Origin: Bacteroidales bacterium
Lineage (GTDB): Bacteria; Bacteroidota; Bacteroidia; Bacteroidales; UBA932
NCBI GenBank assembly: GCA_016284265.1
Contig: JAEEOM010000076.1
Span: 4,522-68,521, forward strand
DNA length: 64,000 nucleotides
Reading direction: 5' to 3'
Shown: positions 53,820-62,456 of the stretch, in pieces
How the letters are laid out: each line of letters opens with the position of its first letter
Position numbering within the stretch: position 1 is the stretch's first letter
Program-made: the position numbers and the translations under genes
Notes under the pieces: model-generated
The model's input: only the letters and a program-made list of their open reading frames with translations
What the model was told of the DNA's origin: nothing
Databases searched by the model: none

Positions 53820-55277
53820 TCAGTCCTCCTGGGTGATGTGGATGGTCTTGATGACCGTGACGGGAGCATTCTTCGTGGTAAACGTGAAGAAGGCCATGAT
53901 TTTTCCGGAAGGGGCCGTGAAAGAAGATGGCGCCTTGATGCGGATATAGTTCAAACCGGACTGGGTTTCCGTCGTGGCAGTATAACCGCCTTGCGTGGCC
54001 AGTGCTACGGAAGGCGTGGGACCGTTGGCTACGTACATGAGCCGGACCGACGTCCCTTTCTTCATGGACAGGGAACCATCGACGGGAGTTCCCTGTTCCG
54101 TCGAGAGGGAAACAGTATACTGCTTGGGCAGATTGAACCGGGTCGTCGAATCCCTCAGCACAATGACCAGGGAGTCCTGGTAGTTCTTTACCGAAGAGAA
54201 AGCCCTGGAAACCGAGTCGATGGCGCGGGGCGTCCAGGCTTCATCGACCTTGAACCGCAGAAGCTCCGTGTTGTCACCGGTCGTTACGGCCCAGTAATAC
54301 TGTCCGTCCGTGTCGCGCACAACGGAAACCTGGGGAACGCTTACCTCTTCACTGGAAGCGGACATCTTCTCACCGTCCGGGGAGAGGACCCAGTGCTCGG
54401 GAGAATTGCCGATGGTATAGGCCCAGTAGAACTTGCCGTCCGTGTCTTTTTTGATGAAGATGGCCGGGCTGACCGAAGCGGTCCAGTCATGGATGCGGAA
54501 ACTGTTGCCGTTGGAGAGAGAGACCGAAAGGCCCACGGTGTCCTTCCCGGAAAGAATCGGACTGATCCGGGTAATGTAGAGCAGTTTCTCTATGTATGAC
54601 AGCAGCAACCGGCTCTGGGCGTCAGCGTTGTCGTTGATCTTCCCGTATTCCGTCTGGAGGTCCAGATACTTTCGATAGAGGGGAAACTTGAATTGGGAGC
54701 CGTTGGTCAGGGTGATGATCACATAGTCGTCAAAGCTGGTGTTGACCGACTGGAACATCTGGTCGCCGTTCTTGCCGTTGGCTTCACCGAGCTGGATCCA
54801 CTCCGTGCCGTCCAGCGTATAGCAGAACCAGCCATCCCGGATGGCAATGTAAGGCAGGACGCCGATAGACAGCATCTTGCTTCCGTCGGGGGCCAGCAGC
54901 CACTGGACTTCTCCGTCGCCGTATTGGACCGCCCAATACCAGTTTTTGTCGTCCGGATCCTGCCGGCTGGAGACCAGCGGTTTTTTACCGTCGCTTCCGT
55001 TGGTAATGGTAACAGGGTCGTGCTCCACGAAGTTGATCCGGTAGCCGGTGACGGTCGATCCGGAACGGAGTTCCGTAATGCCGGTGACCATATCCTGTTT
55101 CTCCAGGGCGGTCACCAGGTTGCGGAGGGCGGACAAGTCGCCGTTGAGCTTGTCGCAGATGCGCTGCAGTTCTTCGACCCGTTCCTGCAACTCGTCGAGC
55201 TTCTCGTAGTACTGGTTGACGCAACCTGTCGCCAGGAGCGTTCCTGCCAGAAGCATCGTGCAGATGAATCGTTTCAT
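53820..55277 (-). CDS. coiled-coil surface lipoprotein paralogue 3
   Basis: 485 aa, lipobox LLATGC. LDELQERVEELQRICDKLNGDLSALRNLVTALEKQDMVTGITEL, plus repeated modules (DDKNWYWAVQYG, DGKFYWAYTIG, DGQYYWAVTTG). Confidence 0.75.
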   Translation of the reverse strand: MKRFICTMLLAGTLLATGCVNQYYEKLDELQERVEELQRICDKLNGDLSALRNLVTALEKQDMVTGITELRSGSTVTGYRINFVEHDPVTITNGSDGKKPLVSSRQDPDDKNWYWAVQYGDGEVQWLLAPDGSKMLSIGVLPYIAIRDGWFCYTLDGTEWIQLGEANGKNGDQMFQSVNTSFDDYVIITLTNGSQFKFPLYRKYLDLQTEYGKINDNADAQSRLLLSYIEKLLYITRISPILSGKDTVGLSVSLSNGNSFRIHDWTASVSPAIFIKKDTDGKFYWAYTIGNSPEHWVLSPDGEKMSASSEEVSVPQVSVVRDTDGQYYWAVTTGDNTELLRFKVDEAWTPRAIDSVSRAFSSVKNYQDSLVIVLRDSTTRFNLPKQYTVSLSTEQGTPVDGSLSMKKGTSVRLMYVANGPTPSVALATQGGYTATTETQSGLNYIRIKAPSSFTAPSGKIMAFFTFTTKNAPVTVIKTIHITQED

Positions 55278-55298
55278 ATTGTGTGTCTTTTTATTCGC

Positions 55299-56597
55299 TT
55301 AGAACAGATAGCCCGTATTGATGTATAGCGAGCCGCCTTTCCCGTTGTCCTGCCGGTTGAAGGCACGACCGTAATCTACGGCAATGATAAAGTTCTTGTT
55401 GAGGATAAACCGCAGACCGCCGCCGGCGGCCAGGTGGAACCGTTCCGCCGTGCCGGCTGCAAGCTGGGCGGGGAACCGCTCCGGCCATGTGGCCGGCCAG
55501 GACGGATCGACCGAGACGTCTCCGTAGTTCTTCAGGACGCGGCCGCCGTCGAAAAAGGCGTTGGCGCCGAAAGTCAGGTTCTGGTTCAGGACGCGCGTGG
55601 TGTAGAACCGCCAGCGGAGTTCGGTGTTGAAGTAGCAGATGGCCTGGCCCTGGATGCGGTTGCGCATCAAACCGCGGATGGTGCGGTAGCCGCCGAAGCC
55701 GTCGCGATCGAAGCCGGGGCCGAGCACGGATTCGAAAGGCAACGCATAGAAAGCGGGTTTGCCGAGGAACCCCTGGACATTGGCCCGGTAGGCGAAGACC
55801 AGCTTGTCTCCGTTCAACGGGAAATACTGCCGCAGCACGGCGTAGTACTTGCCGTAAGGCTTGTTGGTGCCCATCCACTTGGGCGCCCATTCCATGAATG
55901 CGTCGGCCCAGACGCCACGCGAAGGCGCGTTTTCCACGTCACGGCTGTCATACGACAGGCCGGCCCGCCAGGCGCTGGTCATGCCGCCCTTGAATTCGTC
56001 GGCTCCGATGAACCCCAGGTCCTTGTACCAGGCGAACAGCGTTTTCCCGTAGGGCACTTCATGCAGGCTGTCGTTGGTATACTCGTTGAGAATGAAGTAG
56101 CGGAAGTGATAGCCGAACTTCCAGAAGAAATGGTCGGTGATCCTGCCTGTGAAGTCCAGCTTGCCGTAAGGCATCATGCGGCTCATCTTGTAATAAGCCG
56201 TAGGTAGGGAGGCGTCGTAGGAGGACTGGTAGCCGTTGAATCCGTAGAAATCGAACGCTTTTTCGATGGAGAACTGGGCCGTGAACGAAAAGCGTACGCC
56301 CGGAATCAGGAAACGGTTGTCATAACTGAGCACATAAAGCTGCGATCCCTTCGTGAACCAGGAAGCTTCCACATACAGCTGCTGCCGCGGGTTGGGATAC
56401 CAGCCTTCCTTTCCGAAATCATAGATATTGGCCAAAGCGCCCAACTGGAAACCCTTGTCCTGGTCGAAGGCCACGATCGGAAAGCCTCCGAACGAAAAAC
56501 CTTTCTTGACAATCTCCTTTTCCGTCTTGTCCTGCCCCCAGGCATTGAAAACCAGGGAGAAAAGGACGAGAAGTGTTGTTATATATCTCATTTTCAT
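55299..56597 (-). CDS. Omp85/BamA-family outer-membrane beta-barrel without POTRA domains
   Basis: The ORF was trimmed to MKMRYITTLLVLFSLVFNAWGQ (ATG 56597, forming ATGA with the upstream stop), 432 aa. The barrel starts right after the signal peptide. C-terminal beta-signal ...GGGLRFILNKNFIIAVDYGRAF...YINTGYLF. Confidence 0.75.
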   Translation of the reverse strand: MKMRYITTLLVLFSLVFNAWGQDKTEKEIVKKGFSFGGFPIVAFDQDKGFQLGALANIYDFGKEGWYPNPRQQLYVEASWFTKGSQLYVLSYDNRFLIPGVRFSFTAQFSIEKAFDFYGFNGYQSSYDASLPTAYYKMSRMMPYGKLDFTGRITDHFFWKFGYHFRYFILNEYTNDSLHEVPYGKTLFAWYKDLGFIGADEFKGGMTSAWRAGLSYDSRDVENAPSRGVWADAFMEWAPKWMGTNKPYGKYYAVLRQYFPLNGDKLVFAYRANVQGFLGKPAFYALPFESVLGPGFDRDGFGGYRTIRGLMRNRIQGQAICYFNTELRWRFYTTRVLNQNLTFGANAFFDGGRVLKNYGDVSVDPSWPATWPERFPAQLAAGTAERFHLAAGGGLRFILNKNFIIAVDYGRAFNRQDNGKGGSLYINTGYLF

Positions 56598-57889
56598 AAC
56601 GTTTTCAAAACATTCATCAGCTCTTTCTTCATGTTCCGGATGCGCCCGTTGCAGAGATATCTCCACGAAGAGGCACAGCGGCGAAGTTGCTCAACCCATT
56701 CGTAAACCAGCATCGGGGCCGGGATCAGCAGGACCAGGGCAGCCAGCGCCCAGTACCATTTCACCGTGCATAGCAGGACGATGGCCCATACGACCAGCAG
56801 CAACGTCCAAACGACGATGAGGATACCGCAGCGGAAGGAATTCCGGAAAGCGGGGTCCTTGACGCCGCCGGCAAGCCGTTCGTTCACGCAAAGGACCGGT
56901 GACGCAGCCACGGCCATCGCCAGCACGACCGGCAGGGAGACCAGGGTCTTGAGCGTGCGCCACAGGGCTGCCGCCATCGGATGCTTCGCATAGGTGGCAT
57001 GCAGGCTCACGCGCGCGCGCTTGCGCGCCTGCGTGAATTCGAGCACTTTTTCAAAGAGCTTTCCTGCTTTTTCCGGCTGCTCCCGGCGCAGCTTTCCGAT
57101 TTTTTCCACAGCATCACGGTTGGCTGCGAACCGTCCGCGCAAGTTCCTTTCGGGAATCTGTCCGCTGAGGAGCTTGGCCCCTTCCCAGGTGGCTTCATAA
57201 TCGTCATCGTCCGGGATATAGACGATCAGTTCCTTCATGGCCGCGGCCGTCATCTCGCGGATTTCGTTCAGCAGCATGGCTTCGCTGTGGTCCGCGTGGT
57301 CCGCCACGTAAGCCGAAACATCGATGGGTTTGCCGATCGTCACCAGCAGGGTGGAGGCGCGATAGCGGTAGTAATCTCCGTATTCGCAACCGATCGGCAC
57401 GATGAATACGTGCTTCTGTCCTTTCAGTGCCTTGTCTGCCCCGAGGGCTACACGGGAAATCCCTTTGCCGAGGGGAAGGAGGCTGTGCATCGGACGGTGA
57501 CGTCCCTCCGGTAAGATGCAGAAAGGGACCAGATTGTTGAGTACCTCGATCGATTTTTCGATGGTGTCGTCGGCGCGGAGCACGTTGCGGAAGCCGTCAC
57601 GGACCCGGTAAATCGGCATGATTTTGAAATAGGTCAGGATTTTGCGCAACAGGGGCTTGCTGAAAATATCGGCGCGGGCGACGAAAACCTTCTTCTGGTG
57701 GTTCATGGCCAGCACGGCGAGCGGGTCCATCAGGGCGTCGCAATGGTTCGGGGAAAGGATCACCGCCCCTTCTTTCGGAAGGTTTTCCATCCCCTCGTAG
57801 CGTATTTTTTTGAAAGCACCGTGGATGTAGGGATCTGCGATATAGCGCAGAAGTTCATACCCCAAGGAGTCTTCATATATTTTTTTCAT
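56594..57889 (-). CDS. lysophospholipid/glycerol-phosphate acyltransferase family protein (PlsC-like) with C-terminal TM helices
   Basis: 431 aa. HX4D motif in ILSPNHCDALMDP, plus FCILPEGRH. Three hydrophobic helices near the C-terminus. Confidence 0.8.
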   Translation of the reverse strand: MKKIYEDSLGYELLRYIADPYIHGAFKKIRYEGMENLPKEGAVILSPNHCDALMDPLAVLAMNHQKKVFVARADIFSKPLLRKILTYFKIMPIYRVRDGFRNVLRADDTIEKSIEVLNNLVPFCILPEGRHRPMHSLLPLGKGISRVALGADKALKGQKHVFIVPIGCEYGDYYRYRASTLLVTIGKPIDVSAYVADHADHSEAMLLNEIREMTAAAMKELIVYIPDDDDYEATWEGAKLLSGQIPERNLRGRFAANRDAVEKIGKLRREQPEKAGKLFEKVLEFTQARKRARVSLHATYAKHPMAAALWRTLKTLVSLPVVLAMAVAASPVLCVNERLAGGVKDPAFRNSFRCGILIVVWTLLLVVWAIVLLCTVKWYWALAALVLLIPAPMLVYEWVEQLRRCASSWRYLCNGRIRNMKKELMNVLKTL

Positions 57890-57978
57890 GAACAGACAAA
57901 TCTCCTATTATATAAAAATAACTCGCTAAGATAGGCAAAAGAGGTGACTTTTCACAGATTTTTATTTACATTTGTAGT

Positions 57979-58944
57979 ATGGCTTACACCGTGATGTTCT
58001 ATAACCTGGAGAATCTCTATGACACCATAGACGATCCCCAGACCTGTGACGATGATTTCACGCCCATGGGCGACAAGCGCTGGACCCGCGAAAAGTACAA
58101 CCAGAAGCTGGCCAACCTGAGCGAGATTTTCTCCACGGTCGCTTCTGCGCACAACGGGTTTCCCGTGGTGGCGGGTGTATCGGAGGTCGAGAACCTGAAA
58201 GTGCTTCAGGACCTGGCTGCCCAGAAACGGATGGCGGGCGCCCATTACAAATGCCTGCATTTCGAGTCGAATGACGCACGCGGCGTGGAGGTCGGAATGC
58301 TCTATCGCCCCGACAAGTTCACCCTGATGGGGTGTGAGCCGATCAAGCTGGAGCTTCGCAGCGGACGTGAGTACATCGGGCGGGACATCCTTTCCGCCTG
58401 GGGTGCGATCGACGGGGAGATGTTCGCCTTCTACGTGTGTCATTTCCTCTCCCGCCGGACCGGTGTCGCTTCCTCTTCCGGCTTCCGGCGCGCAGGCGCC
58501 GAGACGGTGCGTGACCACGCTGCAGAAATGCGGCGGCAGTATCCCGATATCAAAGTGGTGATCCTGGGCGACATGAACGACATTCCGTCCGATGAGTCGC
58601 TCTCGGTGCTGCTGCGGGCTCACAAGACCATCTTCAACGTGCCGGAAGGCGAGTATTACAATCCATTCTGGATGCTGTCCGAAGAAGGCAAGGGCACGAG
58701 CATCCACAATCACCGCTGGGTGCTCTACGACAACATCATCGTATCGAACAACATGTTGCCTACATATCCCGGTCTCAAGGGCTTCCGGATCGTACGGCTC
58801 GACAGCAAGAACCATTACGGCGAGATTTTCCGCCGCAACTTCATGATGCGGAAAGGGGCGCCGCGCCGGAGCTACTACGGAAACTCTTTCGACAACGGAT
58901 ACAGTGACCATCTTCCGGTCTTGATCAAGATCGACAGGCGATGA
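57979..58944 (+). CDS. endonuclease/exonuclease/phosphatase (EEP) family protein
   Basis: 321 aa: MAYTVMFYNLENLYD..., ILGDMND, C-terminal GYSDHLPVLI. Confidence 0.8.
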   Translation: MAYTVMFYNLENLYDTIDDPQTCDDDFTPMGDKRWTREKYNQKLANLSEIFSTVASAHNGFPVVAGVSEVENLKVLQDLAAQKRMAGAHYKCLHFESNDARGVEVGMLYRPDKFTLMGCEPIKLELRSGREYIGRDILSAWGAIDGEMFAFYVCHFLSRRTGVASSSGFRRAGAETVRDHAAEMRRQYPDIKVVILGDMNDIPSDESLSVLLRAHKTIFNVPEGEYYNPFWMLSEEGKGTSIHNHRWVLYDNIIVSNNMLPTYPGLKGFRIVRLDSKNHYGEIFRRNFMMRKGAPRRSYYGNSFDNGYSDHLPVLIKIDRR

Positions 58945-59573
58945 TCCGGCATTACGACGATTTCGTGTTCGACATCGACGGCACGCTGCTCGACACGGAG
59001 CGGACGGGCGTGCTTTCCCTCATGCAGACGATCCGGGAGTTGACCGGGGTTGAGGTGCCCTATGAGGAAGCTTATCACTTTTTCGGCGTCCCCAGTTCGA
59101 AAGCGGCCTCGACGCTTGGCTATGCCGACGAGGCGCGTTTCGCCGAAGTGTGGGAAGAGCATTTCCAGGAACTGATGTATCTGGTCCAACCTTTTCCGGG
59201 CGTGGTGGCGGTGCTTGAGGATCTTCGGGCGACCGGGGCACGGCTCGGCGTAGTGACCTCCCGCTCCCGGCAGGAGATTGCTTACGACCCCCATCTGGCG
59301 AAGTTGCTGCCGTTGTTCGACGTGGTGATCAGTTCGGAAGATTCTCTCCTGCACAAACCCTTTCCCGACCCGATGCTGGCCTATCTGGAAAAGGCGGGTG
59401 CCCGGAAAGAGACGACGCTCTATCTGGGCGACACGATGCACGACTGGCGTTGCGGCCACGATGCGGGCTGCGATTTTGCGCTGGCGGACTGGAAGGGAAG
59501 AGGAGATCAGGGGATTCCGGCGGAGTACTGCTTTTCGGATGCGGCGATGATGCGGACAATCCTGGGTCTGTAG
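58941..59573 (+). CDS. HAD-superfamily hydrolase (phosphoglycolate phosphatase-like)
   Basis: 210 aa. Motif I FVFDIDGTLLDTE, motif II VVTSR, motif IV YLGDTMHD. ATGA overlap with the EEP gene. Confidence 0.85.
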   Translation: MIRHYDDFVFDIDGTLLDTERTGVLSLMQTIRELTGVEVPYEEAYHFFGVPSSKAASTLGYADEARFAEVWEEHFQELMYLVQPFPGVVAVLEDLRATGARLGVVTSRSRQEIAYDPHLAKLLPLFDVVISSEDSLLHKPFPDPMLAYLEKAGARKETTLYLGDTMHDWRCGHDAGCDFALADWKGRGDQGIPAEYCFSDAAMMRTILGL

Positions 59574-59577
59574 GGCG

Positions 59578-59988
59578 TCAGCGTGCGGGCTGGCGGTCGC
59601 TTATCCGTTTGTCGCGGCGTTTCTTTTCCTTGCCGTAGGTTGATTTCAGGTATTTCTGCCACTGCTCCTCGGTGAATACTTTTTCAAAGGCTTCGTCGGT
59701 GGCCGCCATCCATTTGTCGGAAATGGACTGGAAGGTTTCATCGTTGCTGGCACCGGTGCGCTTGGTTTTGTTGAGTTCGTCCATCATCGCCGGGTAGTTG
59801 TACTGGAGGATGGAATCGACATAGAACACTTGGACTTCGTCGAGTTTGAACGTCTTGGTCAAATTTTCGACCTGGGTGCTGACAATCTTGTCGATATCGG
59901 GCTCCTGAGGCTCCTGGGCGAAAGCCCCCGGAACGTGGAAAAAGAAGAGCGCTCCGGTCAGGAATAACAGATACAAAGATTTTCTCAT
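59578..59988 (-). CDS. hypothetical secreted protein
   Basis: 136 aa. Signal peptide MRKSLYLLFLTGALFFFHVPGAFAQ, helical charged body, basic tail. No recognised family. Confidence 0.6.
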   Translation of the reverse strand: MRKSLYLLFLTGALFFFHVPGAFAQEPQEPDIDKIVSTQVENLTKTFKLDEVQVFYVDSILQYNYPAMMDELNKTKRTGASNDETFQSISDKWMAATDEAFEKVFTEEQWQKYLKSTYGKEKKRRDKRISDRQPAR

Positions 59989-59999
59989 GGCAAGAATCG

Positions 60000-60377
60000 T
60001 TAGAGTTGGGAAAGGGTGTCGGAGGGTGTTCCTTCCTGAATGATCACAAGAGAACGCAGGATGGCTTCCGACTTGACAGGCACCGTGGCTGTACGCGGTT
60101 CAGGGCCTGGATTCTCCGATACCCGGATGCAGACCGTACTGCTCTGATCCATCCATTCGGGGTTGGCTTTGACCCAGTTGTCGGCATTTTCCGGATAGAT
60201 CGTCGTGATGACGTTGGTCGTGATGACGAGCATCTGGGAATCGGCCGCGGCAGAGAAACGTAGTGTGTCGGACGAGATCGTCAGGTCGGGCAACACGTAT
60301 TTCTCGCACGAAGAAAACTGGGCTGCCAGGACGGCCAGCAGCAGGACGGAAACGAGGATCGTGGCGGTTTTTCGCAC
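60000..60377 (-). CDS. single BACON-like domain lipoprotein
   Basis: 125 aa, lipobox AAQFSSC. ...LTISSDTLRFSAAADSQMLVITTNV...WVKANPEW...TATVPVKSEAILRSLVIIQEG has the BACON pattern. Confidence 0.65.
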   Translation of the reverse strand: MRKTATILVSVLLLAVLAAQFSSCEKYVLPDLTISSDTLRFSAAADSQMLVITTNVITTIYPENADNWVKANPEWMDQSSTVCIRVSENPGPEPRTATVPVKSEAILRSLVIIQEGTPSDTLSQL

Positions 60378-60431
60378 GGTGTTTTCAATTTATGGTGCGA
60401 AGGTATGAAAAAAAACTGATATATTTGTGGT

Positions 60432-61052
60432 ATGAAAAAGTGCCTGATTTTGATTGCGTGGATTGCGCTGCTGGCCGCTTGTACCCAGGAGACCGAGCTG
60501 AGCATCACGCCTGACATAGCGACTTTCCAGTTCGACGCCGACGGTGGATCGTTCGACGCCGTAATTTTCACAAACGGCCACTGGAAAGCGACTTGCGATG
60601 ATCCGACTATCTCGTTCGCACCCGATTCCGGAGACTTTACCGCCCCGATGCACATTGTCGTCGGTCCCAATGAGGAACGTCACACCAAAGCAATCCGAAT
60701 CTCCCTGATCTCGAAACTCGAGAATCTTTCGCGCAGCAGTAAAATCGTCATTTCACAGAAATGCAGACCGTTCATTTTCAGTGAAGAGACGCTTCTGCAG
60801 GCGCCGGCAACCGGTGGGGAAGTCCGTTTCCATGTCAATGCCAACGATTTGTGGAAAGTCGTTGAGACCACTTGCGACGGAGAGTCCGTGGCCCTGCCGG
60901 TCGATCCGCAGGCAGGCGGCCCCAACAGCGAGATGGTTACGGTCCTGATTCCGGAAAACACGACCGGCCGCATCCGCACGTTTGCCGTGAAACTGGCCCT
61001 GGCGTCCTGGCCGGAGCGTTCCGTCGTGCTGACGGTCGTCCAGGAGGCTTGA
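60432..61052 (+). CDS. lipoprotein with two BACON-like domains
   Basis: 206 aa, lipobox LLAAC. FQFDADGGSFDAVIFTNGHWKATCDD... and ...GGEVRFHVNANDLWKVVETTCDG...VVLTVVQEA. Confidence 0.65.
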   Translation: MKKCLILIAWIALLAACTQETELSITPDIATFQFDADGGSFDAVIFTNGHWKATCDDPTISFAPDSGDFTAPMHIVVGPNEERHTKAIRISLISKLENLSRSSKIVISQKCRPFIFSEETLLQAPATGGEVRFHVNANDLWKVVETTCDGESVALPVDPQAGGPNSEMVTVLIPENTTGRIRTFAVKLALASWPERSVVLTVVQEA

Positions 61053-61078
61053 TAAATAGTTATTTATATAATTCGACG

Positions 61079-62455
61079 ATGAAAAAGTTGTTATTCATGC
61101 TGGCAGCATGCCTGTTTGTCCTGGTATCCTGCGAGCCCGAACCCATCCTTTCTCTCGACAAGGAAACCCTCAAGTTCAATGAAAACGCATCGGAGGCAAC
61201 CGTTTACATCACAGCCAACAACGACTGGACCGTCACCGGTGACAACGCTTTTTACAAGATTTCTCCGGTTGCCGGCACCGGTAGCGGCTATATCACGGTG
61301 TCGGTAGACCCGAATACGACGATGTCCAGCCGCAAGGCCATCGTGACCGTTACTTGCTCCAGCCGCAAGGAGTCGGCTTCAAAGACTTTGACCATTGAAC
61401 AGACCTGTGCGGTCGGCGATGCTGTCGTAGATCATTACGAGATCAGCGTGACCACCGGCGCCAACTCCATCCTCCATCCCGAAGGCAGTACCATTACGCT
61501 CTACATCAAAGCGAATGCTCCCTGGACCCTCGACGCTGACGGCACCGAGAGTCTTGAGTCAGTGACTACAAGCGGTTATGACGCCACTGTCAGCGCCACT
61601 GTCGGCCCCTGCCCGGTTTTCGAAGGCCGCAAGATCAAGTTTACGCTGTCCTGCCAGACGGAAGCCGGGGGGAACACCCATACCTATGAGTTCGACCAGG
61701 AAGGCGGCATCATCGTCTATGGCGACGAAATCTACCATGCCGCCAAGATGAAGGACGGCAAGTGGTGGATGATCGAGAACCTCCGTTACATTCCCGCCGG
61801 CATGACGCCCTCCGACGATGTGAGCGCCGTGACCAACGGCATTTGGTATCCACTGGTCATCAACGAGCTGACGCCTGACGCAGCTTCCGTCAAATTCAGC
61901 AAGGAAGCGGCAGACATCCGGGCAAACGGTTATCTCTACAACATGGAAACGGCCCTCGGCTTGAAGACGGGAGACCTGACGGTCGACAACTGCAAGAACT
62001 ACGAAGGCGTGCAGGGCATCTGCCCTTCGGGCTGGCACATCCCGACCAAGGCCGATATCGTTGGCCTGGTGGGCAAGACAAACGACAAGAACGACCTCAA
62101 TCCCAGCGCACCGTATTATGACGCTGAACTCAACGGGGGCAACGGCAGCGTGGCGCTCCTCAACGCCAACGGTTTCAATGCCGGTGCATGGGGAGCCGTC
62201 AGTATCGCCAATACGACCGTGGCCAAAGCTTCGCTGATGGGCGCCGTCAAATCCTATCAGGGAGGCATGAATACCGGCTATATCGCGGGTTCCACCCTGA
62301 TCGACACGGGCAAGAACCTCACCACCAACGGCGACGGTTCACTCAAGAACTGCCAGTTCCTGGGCCTGATGCCTTTCATGGGCAACGGTACGTACAACGG
62401 TGCTTTGAACAACTACCGCAACGGCGTCTCGGTCCGTTGTGTCAAGAACAACTAG
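61079..62455 (+). CDS. lipoprotein with BACON-like domains and C-terminal FISUMP domain
   Basis: The ORF was trimmed to MKKLLFMLAACLFVLVSC (ATG 61079), 458 aa. KDGKWWMIENLRY, GICPSGWHIPTKADIVGL and the ending GVSVRCVKNN are hallmarks of the Fibrobacter succinogenes major paralogous domain. Confidence 0.8.
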   Translation: MKKLLFMLAACLFVLVSCEPEPILSLDKETLKFNENASEATVYITANNDWTVTGDNAFYKISPVAGTGSGYITVSVDPNTTMSSRKAIVTVTCSSRKESASKTLTIEQTCAVGDAVVDHYEISVTTGANSILHPEGSTITLYIKANAPWTLDADGTESLESVTTSGYDATVSATVGPCPVFEGRKIKFTLSCQTEAGGNTHTYEFDQEGGIIVYGDEIYHAAKMKDGKWWMIENLRYIPAGMTPSDDVSAVTNGIWYPLVINELTPDAASVKFSKEAADIRANGYLYNMETALGLKTGDLTVDNCKNYEGVQGICPSGWHIPTKADIVGLVGKTNDKNDLNPSAPYYDAELNGGNGSVALLNANGFNAGAWGAVSIANTTVAKASLMGAVKSYQGGMNTGYIAGSTLIDTGKNLTTNGDGSLKNCQFLGLMPFMGNGTYNGALNNYRNGVSVRCVKNN

Positions 62456-62456
62456 C

